The notes under the pieces are model-generated. The model made no database searches, was not told the origin of the DNA, and saw only the letters and a program-made list of their open reading frames with translations. Both the position numbers and the translations under genes were made by a program. From positions 272,304,001-272,368,000 of the forward strand of contig OZ024741.1 in assembly GCA_964016885.1 (NCBI GenBank): a stretch of DNA of 64,000 nt, in the 5' to 3' direction. Positions 26,529 to 37,679 of this stretch are shown in pieces. Position 1 is the stretch's first letter, and each line of letters begins with the position of its first letter. The stretch comes from Eledone cirrhosa. Its lineage: Eukaryota.

Positions 26529-26639
26529 AATGCTCTGGACTATTTTCTTGACCAAAACATCAAAATGAAACTCAGTTGTACATATATAGCAAAGTTTGTC
26601 CGGGATACCAATTATAGGAGTTTATCAGAGACCCTCTAG
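26529..26639 (+). CDS. NATD1: Probable last coding exon of a NATD1-like (YjdJ-type GNAT) gene
   Basis: Acceptor TTTACTTATATTTCAG, then NALDYFLDQNIKMKLSCTYIAKFVRDTNYRSLSETL*; resembles the recalled NATD1 C-terminus ([24 protein letters not shown]); AATAAA at ~27218. No upstream exon found in the window. Confidence 0.7.
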   Translation, partial: NALDYFLDQNIKMKLSCTYIAKFVRDTNYRSLSETL

Positions 26640-27679
26640 AAGGATGTCGACAGTCATAGAAAAGGGAGCATAAAATGATGATGATGATGATGGAACCCTA
26701 AAATGGTCGATATTAATCACCCCACACCACCCCATCCCCATCCCACTACCACCCATCAAGGTCATCAGAGAACATTTAGACAACAGAAAAATTGGGCATA
26801 AAATGATGATGATGATGATAATGATAGTGTTGGATCCCTAAAATAGTAAATATTAATTACCACTACCCCATCGCACCCCCACCCATTGTAGTCATCAGTG
26901 AAAGATAGAAAAAATAATTGGCATAAAATAAAAATGATGATGATGGCTGATGGGTCCCTAAAATAGGGTCACCTGAGAACATCTAGAACAATAGAAAAGT
27001 TGGCATAAAATGAAAATGGTGATGATGATGATCATGATGATGATAATGGGTTGCCTGAAATAGCCCATATTAATTCCCCCTACCACACACCCACATAACC
27101 CCCACCACACTCCACCCCCACCCATCACAGTCAATGTGACTACCCAAGGGTTCTATTGTACTTCTCTGCCCCTAAACCTGATATTTGTATAAGAAACAAA
27201 TTTACATACAACGATACAATAAAATACAATTTACTTCTACTGGTTTATATATATATTTATTTATATTTAGTCTTTATTGTTGTCTAATTTATATTTTTTT
27301 TATTCTGTTTCCTGGTTAGTTTATTGGGTAGAGTCATAAATATTTTCTGTTTTTTAAAATCAACTTGTAATTACACATTTCAAACTTCCAATGTTTAAAT
27401 GCAACCAAACATTAACTGATTAGAGAAAGTTTTCAACGGTCATTCTTATTTCATTAGTGAAAGATTGTGCATCATAATTTAAACCGGTTGTATTCGGTCA
27501 GAATTCTCCCACCTCTTTCTGTTCAAACCAGTTATAACCTATAATAGCTCCAGGTGTTGTTCTCAAAATAAATAATATCAAAATCTCATAGATTCAATAT
27601 TATTTACTGTGAAAATGCAATAGTATATATAGAGTAATGTAAATGCTAAAGGATTAATCTATGATTTCACACCCCTAAA

Positions 27680-27990
27680 TTGAAGGAACTGAAAGTGCAT
27701 ATTCAACATGTAATGTTGTGGGAGTTTAAGAATAACAAAAACGCTACAGAAACAGTTAAGAAAATCTATAGTAAGTACGGCCAAGGTATCATTATTGACT
27801 GCTAAGTCAGAAAATGGTTTTCAAAGTTTCGTTCTGGGGATATGTCATTGAAAGATGAACCCCGACCAGGACGCTCATCAGACCGCGATCGATATGCTTT
27901 AAAAGAATTGGTGGAATACAATCTGTGCAAAAGTACTTGTGAATTAGCAAAAATAAATCACATATGCTCTCAATATGGAGCAGTAATGTC
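27680..27990 (+). mobile_element. Mariner/Tc1 transposase N-terminal relic
   Basis: Translates KVHIQHVMLWEFKNNKNATE..VRKWFSKFRSGDMSLKDEPRPGR (mariner HTH, WF..F..G...L.D.PR.GR) with a stop. Confidence 0.8.
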
Positions 27991-28394
27991 ATAAACTTAT
28001 GACCACCTGAAATAAACACACAATGAGATACGTATAATTGCATACACAGACATGTGTATACTACGATTTGCAAACACACCTTTATATAACAATAAGCTTA
28101 ACAAAATGAACACAAATTTAGCAAGAGTTATTCGCCTTTGCAACAAATGAAATCTCGTACAAATTACGTCAGCCATTTTTGTTTTATTTATAGTTGCCTG
28201 AACGAAGGGTTTGCTTGTGGAGTGCACACACACAAATTAAGCTAAATGTGGGATTGGAAACCAATGGTAGCAACTAAACTATGTTGAAGTTCATTATAAT
28301 ATTATGATGTATCAACAGCGAATGGACTGTGTTGGACAATTTTCAATTCAATACATCTCCAACATTGTATAATTCTTATATTTGTCTTTAGCCA

Positions 28395-28472
28395 GCCATC
28401 TGATGAAGGCATGGTTATTCGAGATACATTATGCAATGGCTAACTGACATTACCAGAAATGCGCATAATGGC
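28395..28472 (+). ncRNA. Minimal hammerhead with long, degenerate stem II
   Basis: GCCAT-CTGATGA...GAA-ATGCGCAT-A-ATGGC: stem I 5 bp, palindromic stem III. Confidence 0.55.
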
Positions 28473-29224
28473 AAATTTGAAAAAGATAGTACCATATCTT
28501 CATGATCATTCATATATATATATACTGATTGCTTCACTTTGTCAGGTTATAGTATCATTTATTTGATTCCTTTGCCAGTCCTTTGCAGGTTAAGGTAAAG
28601 AGTTAATAGGCCCAAACTGGGTGTGAAATGTCCTCATGTCAAACTGCTCATTAATTAAAAATCAGTGTCAAATATATATAATTTAGGTGTGGGCTACAAG
28701 CACATGTATTATACATAATGCACTTAACAGTAAAGTGCCCTTAACTGTTGGTGGAATCCTAGGGGCGCCGTTCTGATACACATTTAGAACATTGCCACAT
28801 TCTATAGTCACACATACACAGGTACACATTAAACTATAAACACACAGAGGATTACATGTACATATACACAGATACAGATATGAACATACATATACACACA
28901 TACATTTGTATGAGTGTCAATTATTTGATTTTCCAACATAATGGTGGCAGTGGAGGGGGTAGAGACACGAAGGAAGGTGTGTGGTTTTTTCAACCGAATG
29001 ACTTCTCACTGGTGAAAAGTTGTGTAACAGGCTATGAAAGTATTCAACGTGTTATGTAATATCTCTACACAAACACACAAACAAATGAACACACACTCAA
29101 ACACAAACACAAACACACACAAACACACACACACAAACACATTCACTCTCACACACCATCACATACAAACATACACCCACTCACAAACAAACACACTCAC
29201 ACACACGCACAATGACAATAATAA

Positions 29225-30140
29225 TTGTTTCTACTTTTGGCACAAGGCCAGCAGTTACCCCAGTGTATTACTGGTGCTTTATTTCATTGACCCCGTAAAG
29301 ATGAAAAGCAAAGCTAACCTTGGTGAGATTTGAACTCAGAATGTAAAACATGGTGTCTGACGCTCTACCGATACTGCCAATCCAAGATGGTGATAATGAC
29401 GAAAATTTGATCTCAAAAAGGAGGTATATATATGTATTTATATACGTAATAAAGAAATATATATCTCTCTTAAATAAATAAATATATATATTTATACAGG
29501 TATGTGTGTGACTGTGTGTTACTTAGTAAGTTAATGAGGACTTACGAAGACTAATAACAAAAAATGACACACTAATCAAAATGACTCACTTATCAAAACA
29601 TACCAACCACCAGTGAAGTAATTCTCTTTTTTTTTCAAATATATTTTACTGCACCAAGGAATTTTCTTCATTTTTCCACTTCCGCAAGTCTGATGAGCTA
29701 TTGATTCCAGTGTCGGACCCAATCAATACCGACCGTACCTTGAGCTTATTGCTTGCGAAACATGCGTCGCGTGTGAATAAATATAATTGTTTCTACTTTT
29801 GGCACAAGGTCAGCAAATACCAGTGTATTACTGGTACTTTATTTTATCGACCCCCGTAAGGATGAAAGGCAAAGTTAACCTTGGCAGGATTTGAACTCAG
29901 AATGGCAAGGGCCGTAACTCTATGCGTCAAAGCATGGTGTCCGACCCTCTACCGATATTGCCAATTCCCCGCCAATCCCAATGTGAATAAATATAATGGT
30001 GTTATATTGATACTTCATTCCTGCTTATGATAATAATAATAATTGTTTCTACTTTTGGCACAAGGCCAGCAATTATTCCAGTGTATTACTGGTACTCTTT
30101 GCTGCAAAGCATGGCGTCCGACCCTCTACCGATACTGCCA
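29225..30140 (-). mobile_element. Cluster of three SINE copies (Nin/Deu-domain-like; ~29225-29385, 29787-29975, 30043-30140)
   Basis: Shared CTGGTACTTTATTTTATCGACCCC..GGATGAAAGGCAAAG..TTTGAACTCAG; reverse complement has the B box and GCCTTTCATCC..GGGTCGATAAA..AGTACCAG core. Confidence 0.75.
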
Positions 30141-30330
30141 ATAATTCTTCTTCTTCTTCTTGAGATAGAAAGAATCATATATTGTCTAAGAAACACATAG
30201 CATTTTGTACATATATAAAGCACACATAATATCTAGGAAAATGTACATAATTTAAGGTGGAAAGGTTCTTATTTTCTTACGGTACCGTTTCATAGTTTGT
30301 AAACAAAGGAAGAATCGGGATTTTATCTTC

Positions 30331-30417
<87 letters not shown>

Positions 30418-30418
<1 letters not shown>

Positions 30419-31830
30419 TAGCTGAGGTACCCAGCTTCGCCTAAGTTAGACCGGCAGAAGAGAAAACGTCTATATTGAATGCATTGTCTTGTTTACAGTG
30501 TGTGTGTGTTTGTGTATATATATGTGTGTGTGTGTGCCTGTGTGAGTATTCATGTGTGTGTGCGTGTGCGTGTGTGAACCACCGTTGGAATCGGAGACAT
30601 AGGTCGTGAAACATGATATTCACTGACAATCAACTCGCAGAGAGAACTCCTTATGGTTGATTCCCAACCTGCTAGAAATAGCAGTCAGGTTGGTTAGCAT
30701 ACGTGGTATGTCTTTCTTTTTCTTTGGTGTTATAAAATTAGTATCAATAAACTTTCCTGGATATACTCTTATCCCAATCCTGTACATACTTTCCGATTAT
30801 CACTTTTCGTTTTTTTTCGTGTGATACACGAAGGAACCAACCAACAAACATCTCTTTTATTTGTTCATGCAAAATATTTTTCAGCTAATTCTGTCGTACA
30901 ATATACATCAGCAATTGTTATCTAATGTTTAAAACATATGAATAGCTGCGATATATGTACCATATCAATCAAAAACGATATGAGAATTGAATACCATACT
31001 AAAGCGCCAGTAAGCTGCAGATAGAAATGTTAATAAATACATTTGGCTTGGGTAAACTTTAAGATGTTCTTTCATTGTAGGTTTCTTTTCTCCTTCTCTC
31101 CTTCCTCTCCTCTTCCTTCTTTATCTCCCCCCCCCTCTCTCTCTCTATATATATATATATACACGGCTAGGTTTACCGGCCTTTTATCTTTTCAGGAATC
31201 CCCCCTCCACTCCAGTGCAAAGATACCGCACGCCCTCTCAAGTCAGCGATTGGGGGGGGGGGGGGGGGTAATGTGCTCTGATGTTGGGTTTGAATAGTTT
31301 TGAGGATTCCCCAGTTCAGCAGCCAGTACGTTAAAGAAAATTGATAGTTACAACAATAAAGGTTGAACAGAGAACAAATATTTTAACAAACTTTACAATA
31401 ATTTGTACAACCATAATGGAAATTCCAAGTAACAGAAAATACATAAATTACATTGTTAGAGCCTCAGATTATACAATATTTTTTGTTCAGCCCTCGAGAG
31501 CAAAGATGAAGAGACTGTTTGGTGAGCTCACCCTAGAGCATCCTACATACAATTGACCATGGTTTTCCCAGATGAAAGCCACCCACTTTTAGGGTTTGAC
31601 CCTGGGCTTTGTTGATGGTAATCGCGAAGCTTAGTCTCTCTGTTGGTCTAGTAACATTTTTTCTTCTGGAAAATCTGATCTTGCGGCCAGCTAGGACTTT
31701 TTGGGTGGCATATCGGCAGTAACAATGACGATGAGCCGTCTGTGCTTTCGTGAAATAAATACGTTTGTTTATATTTTGTTTTTGTGTATGCAAACATATC
31801 TGTACACGAATATATAATTGTATATATATA
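30418..31830 (-). mobile_element. Non-autonomous Helitron with residual PIF1 helicase C-terminus
   Basis: CTAG 3' end at 30418-30421 next to (TA)n; LSFAITINKAQGQTL and frameshifted HGQLYVGCSRV at ~31525-31635; 5' end approximate. Confidence 0.7.
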
Positions 31831-32369
31831 TTAAAATAACAGATTAAAGTTTAAGCAAGGAATCACTGCTTTCACCCTTAACGGGATCTTCTGAAACTAA
31901 AAAAAATCAATCTGTGAACGCAGAAGTAAATATTTCGAAAAACGTTGCAACCGAAAGAAAACAGGAAGATGATACTTTGGTTCGTGAAGACGTTAGGAAT
32001 GTCGTATAACCGGAAGTGTTGACATTTGAAAATTTTAAAGAATTGAATATTTAAATAATGTCTTTAATCTTTTAACAAAATTCAGTAGACGAAAATACCC
32101 TCACCTTTTTACTTGGAAAAAGTTACATCTATATATATATATATATGTGTATATATATATATATATATGTATGTAAAGTTATATTTAAAATTGTTGGGTT
32201 ACAACTAGTAAATATTTATAACTGATATAAAAGCACTCGACAAATATTTGGAGTATATTTCTTTCTTTCTTTCTCTCTGTATTTTCACTGCTAGCGTAAA
32301 CCTCTCCAAATGAAGTTGATGTTTATTACGGTATGTCGAATATATTTATCTATAAAACTGTTTATATTG

Positions 32370-32435
32370 TATTTTGTCTGATGAAGGCATAGCATATTGT
32401 TAATATGATATCCCCGAAATATATATAATGAAATA
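32370..32435 (+). ncRNA. Minimal hammerhead, same family as 11354-11415 with a different stem II
   Basis: TATTTTGT-CTGATGA-AGGCATAGCATATT(GTT)AATATGATATCCCC-GAA-ATATATAT-A-ATGAAATA. Confidence 0.55.
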
Positions 32436-32473
32436 AATATGGTTTTATAAATATAGTTTTCCATTTATTTAAT

Positions 32474-32638
<165 letters not shown>

Positions 32639-32640
32639 GT

Positions 32641-32850
32641 AGGCGCGTGGCTGAATAGTTAGAGAACTGAATTCGCAATTGTGAAGTTGTGAGTTCAATT
32701 CTCGGACCGGGCGATGCGCTATGTCCTTGAGCAAGACACTTTATTTCACATTGCCCTTTCTACTTGGATTTGCAACAGATAGTATTAGCAATTGGAAAGG
32801 CCAATGGAGACATTGTTTTATCAGTCCGATTTGAGAGCTGCACCCCACTC
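32641..32850 (+). mobile_element. tRNA-derived SINE
   Basis: A box TGGCTGAATAG, B box GAGTTCAATTC, then GTCCTTGAGCAAGACACTT core; related minus-strand copies at ~33330-33590, 48715-49010, 58440-58655. Confidence 0.8.
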
Positions 32851-33209
32851 ATTATGCGAATGAGGTCTGGGATCTTGTCAATCGACTGTCGATGTATATA
32901 GGAAAAAGAAGTTGAAAATGCAATTGGAGTCTTTAAGAAAGTTTATTGTCCAATAATTTATACCCGGTCTGGTTATACAAGTTTCATGATTTTCAAAAGT
33001 TAAGAGAGATTGTGAATTGTGTGACTATGCTAATCATAGCTATAATCTGTAGATATATTGTTTTATTGGTCGAGTGATGAGAAGAGACTGTTTTGTGTTG
33101 TGTTTGTTGTCTTCACCCACCTTTTTTATTATGTATTTTGTATGATTTTAGCCATGCGGGACACTTTTTCAAATACACACACATACACCTACACACACAT
33201 ATATATATA

Positions 33210-33252
<43 letters not shown>

Positions 33253-33908
33253 CTATTATAAGTACAGATTAAAGTTTAAGCAAAGAATTACTGTTTTCAC
33301 CCTTAACAAGATCTTCTGAATATATATCATCTTGATCACCTTGACCGACCAGTCTGTCGGGCGCCAATCGACGCCGCTGGTCACAGCACTTTTTCGTGCT
33401 GTTTTAGCCATAAGATAACGCCATCTGGCTGGGCAGGCAGTCCGGTACTCATTTCTACAGCTGAGTAAACTGGAGCAACGTGAAATAAAGTGTCTTGCTC
33501 AAGGAAACAACACATCACCCGGTCCGAGAATTGAACTCACAACCTTTCGATTGCAAGCCCAATGCTCTAACCACTAAGCCATGCGCCTTCACCTGAATAT
33601 ATATATATATATAATCCTTATCGAGCCCTCTTCGGATTTTAGTCTTCACATTTATTATTTCTATATGTTTATATGTTTATCTATATATATGTGTGAGTGT
33701 GTGTGTCTGTATATTCATATTGTATTATCAATTCATCTAAACTCATACACACACACACACACACACACATATTGCTAATTACTGTGTTGCTTATCCACAA
33801 GGGTTGTGTCCTGAGACGTAACTTTTATAAACAGGTGTAAGCTAGTAAGAGCACTCCACTGTCAGCTAAGGGTGGCGATCAAACACGGCAGAGTTTCATT
33901 GTTGGAAA

Positions 33909-34460
33909 TCTATATTACTAAAACAGAGAATGTCTGTTTGTCTGTCTGTCTGTCCAATCACTAAAACTCGAGAACCACCCAACCGAGTTTTTTCAAACTT
34001 TACACATCTAATACTTATGGTGCCGTGAGTGTTTTGTGCAAAATTTCAAATTTTCAATGCCCTAGGGACCGCATTAGGCGATTTAGCGATCTCTCTCTAT
34101 AATTCTTAGTCTTTCTCTTTTTAGATAGATACATAGATATAACTGTTTCTACTTTAGGCACAAGGCCAGCAATTACCCAGTGCATTACTGGTACTTTATT
34201 TTATCGACCTCGTAAGGATGAAAGGCAAAGTAAACCTCGGCGGGATTTGAACTCAGACCGTAAAGGGACGTAACTATGCTGGAAAGCATGGCGTCCGACT
34301 CTCTACCGATACTGCCAATCCACCACCGCTCCCAGATTCATAGATATAACGTTGCGCCCTTATAATATGTCTGTATGCCTGGCTGTCTGCATTACGTCAT
34401 TATGACGCGGTGTGTGTGTGTGTGTATATATATAGTGTGTAACGTTTTTCGAAATATTTA
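33909..34460 (+). mobile_element. Non-autonomous Helitron 5' part interrupted by a SINE (34144-34338) with 12-bp TSD
   Basis: Starts TCTATATTACTAAAAC; homologous to 55755-56040; TSD CATAGATATAAC at 34132-34143 and 34339-34350; empty site visible at ~55977-55988. Confidence 0.75.
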
Positions 34461-34544
34461 CTTCTGCCACAACCACCGCCACCACAACACGTGACTTCTT
34501 GTCGTCTTCAACTTTGGAACTGTTTAAACTATGACATAACGTAC

Positions 34545-36837
34545 TTGTTTGTTGTTGTTGGTGGGGGTAGGGTGATGTTGTTGTTGTTGGTGGTGGTGGT
34601 GATGTTGTTGGTGGTGGTGATGTTGTTGTTGTTGGTGGTGGTGGTGGTGATGTTGTTGGTAGTGGTGGTGATGTTGTTGGTGGTGGTGGTGATGTTGTTG
34701 TTGGTGGTGGTGGTGGTGATGTTGTTGGTGGTGGTGGTGATGTTGTTGTTGGTGGTGGTGATGTTGTTGTTGGTGGTGGTGATGTTGTTGTTGTTGGTGG
34801 TGGTGATGTTGTTGTTGGTGGTGGTGATGTTGTTGTTGGTGGTGGTGATGTTGTTGTTGTTGGTGGTGGTGATGTTGTTGGTGGTGGTGGTGATGTTGTT
34901 GTTGGTGGTGGTGGTGGTGATGTTGTTGTTGGTGGTGGTGGTGATGTTGTTGGTGGTGGTGGTGATGTTGTTGTTGGTGGTGGTGATGTTGTTGTTGGTG
35001 GTGGTGGTGATGTTGCTGGTGGTGGTGGTGATGTTGTTGTTGGTGGTGGTGATGTTGTTGTTGTTGTTGGTAGTGGTGGTGATGTTGTTGTTGGTGGTGG
35101 TGATGTTGTTGTTGGTGGTGGTGGTGATGTTGTTGTTGTTGTTGTTGGTGGTGGTGATGTTGTTGGTGGTGGTGGTGATGTTGTTGTTGGTGGTGGTGGT
35201 GATGTTGTTGTTGTTGTTGTTGGTGGTGGTGATGTTGTTGGTGGTGGTGGTGATGTTGTTGTTGGTGGTGGTGGTGATGTTGTTGGTGGTGGTGGTGATG
35301 TTGTTGTTGGTGGTGGTGATGTTGTTGTTGGTGGTGGTGGTGATGTTGCTGGTGGTGGTGGTGATGTTGTTGTTGGTGGTGGTGATGTTGTTGTTGGTGG
35401 TGGTGATGTTGTTGTTGTTGGTGGTGGTGATGTTGTTGGTGGTGGTGGTGATGTTGTTGTTGGTGGTGGTGGTGTTGTTGTTGGTGGTGGTGGTGATGTT
35501 GCTGGTGGTGGTGGTGATGTTGTTGTTGGTGGTGGTGGTGGTGATGTTGTTGTTGTTGGTGGTGGTGGTGGTGATGTTGTTGGTGGTGGTGGTGATGTTG
35601 TTGTTGGTGGTGGTGGTGGTGATGTTGTTGTTGTTGGTGGTGGTGGTGATGTTGTTGTTGTTGGTGGTGGTGGTGATGTTGTTGGTGGTGGTGGTGATGT
35701 TGTTGTTGGTGGTGGTGGTGATGTTGTTGTTGTTGTTGTTGTTGGTGGTGATGTTGTTGGTGGTGGTGGTGATGTTGTTGTTGGTGGTGGTGGTGGTGAT
35801 GTTGTTGGTGGTGGTGGTGATGTTGTTGTTGGTGGTGGTGATGTTGTTGTTGGTGGTGGTGGTGATGTTGCTGGTGGTGGTGGTGATGTTGTTGTTGGTG
35901 GTGGTGGTGGTGATGTTGTTGTTGTTGGTGGTGGTGGTGGTGATGTTGTTGGTGGTGGTGGTGATGTTGTTGTTGGTGGTGGTGGTGGTGATGTTGTTGT
36001 TGTTGGTGGTGGTGGTGATGTTGTTGTTGTTGGTGGTGGTGGTGATGTTGTTGGTGGTGGTGGTGATGTTGTTGTTGTTGTTGTTGGTGGTGGTGATGTT
36101 GTTGGTGGTGGTGGTGATGTTGTTGTTGGTGGTGGTGGTGGTGATGTTGTTGGTGGTGGTGGTGATGTTGTTGTTGGTGGTGGTGATGTTGTTGTTGGTG
36201 GTGGTGGTGATGTTGCTGGTGGTGGTGGTGATGTTGTTGTTGGTGGTGGTGATGTTGTTGTTGTTGTTGGTGGTGGTGGTGATGTTGCTGGTGGTGGTGG
36301 TGATGTTGTTGTTGGTGGTGGTGGTGATGTTGTTGTTGTTGGTGGTGGTGGTGATGTTGTTGTTGTTGGTGGTGGTGGTGATGTTGTTGGTGGTGGTGGT
36401 GATGTTGTTGTTGGTGGTGGTGGTGATGTTGTTGTTGTTGTTGTTGGTGGTGGTGATGTTGTTGGTGGTGGTGGTGATGTTGTTGTTGGTGGTGGTGGTG
36501 GTGATGTTGTTGGTGGTGGTGGTGATGTTGTTGTTGGTGGTGGTGATGTTGTTGTTGGTGGTGGTGGTGATGTTGCTGGTGGTGGTGGTGATGTTGTTGT
36601 TGGTGGTGGTGATGTTGTTGTTGTTGTTGGTGGTGGTGGTGATGTTGTTGTTGGTGGTGGTGATGTTGTTGTTGGTGGTGGTGATGTTGTTGTTGGTGGT
36701 GGTGATGTTGTTGTTGGTGGTGGTGATGTTGTTGTTGGTGGTGGTGATGTTGTTGTTGGTGGTGGTGATGTTGTTGTTGGTGGTGGTGATGTTGTTGTTG
36801 GTGGTGGTGATGTTGTTGTTGGTGGTGGTGGTGGTGA

Positions 36838-36868
<31 letters not shown>

Positions 36869-37099
36869 GATGTTGTTGTTGTTGGTGGTGGTGGTGGTGA
36901 TGTTGTTGTTGTTGGTGGTGGTGATGTTGTTGTTGGTGGTGGTGGTGATGTTGTTGTTGTTGTTGTTGGTGATGGTGATGTTGTTGTTGTCGTTGTTGTT
37001 GTTGTTGTCGTCGTCGTTGTTCTTGATGTTGTTGATGAAGTTGTTAAAGTAGTTGATGATTCTGTTGCTGTTGTTGATGATGATATTACATCGAGTACT
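34545..37099 (-). CDS. Possible mucin-like P/T/S-rich exon; alternatively a compound (CAA)n-CAT-(CAC)n trinucleotide satellite
   Basis: Open ~850 codons of TTSPPPP repeats with a non-repetitive S/T lead-in (SSSTTATESSTTLTTSSTTSR); candidate acceptor GTGTAG| and donor |GTACGT. Confidence 0.4.
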
Positions 37100-37553
37100 C
37101 TACACACACACGCGCGCACACACACATATTTATATACTCTCGGGTATCAAATAATAGGGGTGGGGTGGAAAATCGCTAGTTTTTCTGGGTTGTCTACGTT
37201 GATTTTATAAAAACCCAGAATTAGTCGTTTAGTTTACGTATTGCACCCCCCCCCCCTCAACCCATCCTATTTATTTTATAATTATGGTATTTCTAGTAAT
37301 GCACTTTTTTGTTATATATAATATTTTTTTAATTTATAAAGAAAATTAATTGTCGCAGGAATGCTACCACTTAAAATAAAATTTCGCCAGAGATAGATTA
37401 GTAAAATTAATTTAATAAGCGGTGTGTTGTAAGGGTTGGAACAAAAGCGGGGCAGGTCTGAAAAATCGATAAGCGTGGGGGGGGGGGGGGCATTATTCGA
37501 TATCTGATACATAAGGAAAAGAATAACCAGGATTTAAATTATATTAGTGAATT

Positions 37554-37619
37554 GACTGACGATTGTTTCGTTAAAATAACAGAAATATTCATCCCTGTTG
37601 TAATAATCTCATCAGAATC
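37554..37619 (-). ncRNA. Hammerhead motif
   Basis: Minus strand: GATT-CTGATGA-G..AACAG..CTGTT..C-GAA-ACAATCGT-C-AGTC; GUC cleavage triplet. Confidence 0.55.
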
Positions 37620-37679
37620 TATTAAATAACATATATTAAATGACTTAATTTAATTCAAATCCTGGTTATACTTTATTCT

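Noticed and set aside
29685-29775. Hammerhead CTGATGAGC..GCGAAACATGCGTC
   Set aside because: Core and GUC are present but stem I does not pair convincingly; at best a decayed copy.
32641-32720. tRNA gene
   Set aside because: Only a tRNA-like A/B-box head that continues into a SINE core; no full cloverleaf.
34491-37052. 853-aa Leu/Val/Met ORF on the plus strand
   Set aside because: Antisense shadow of the trinucleotide repeat; not protein-like.
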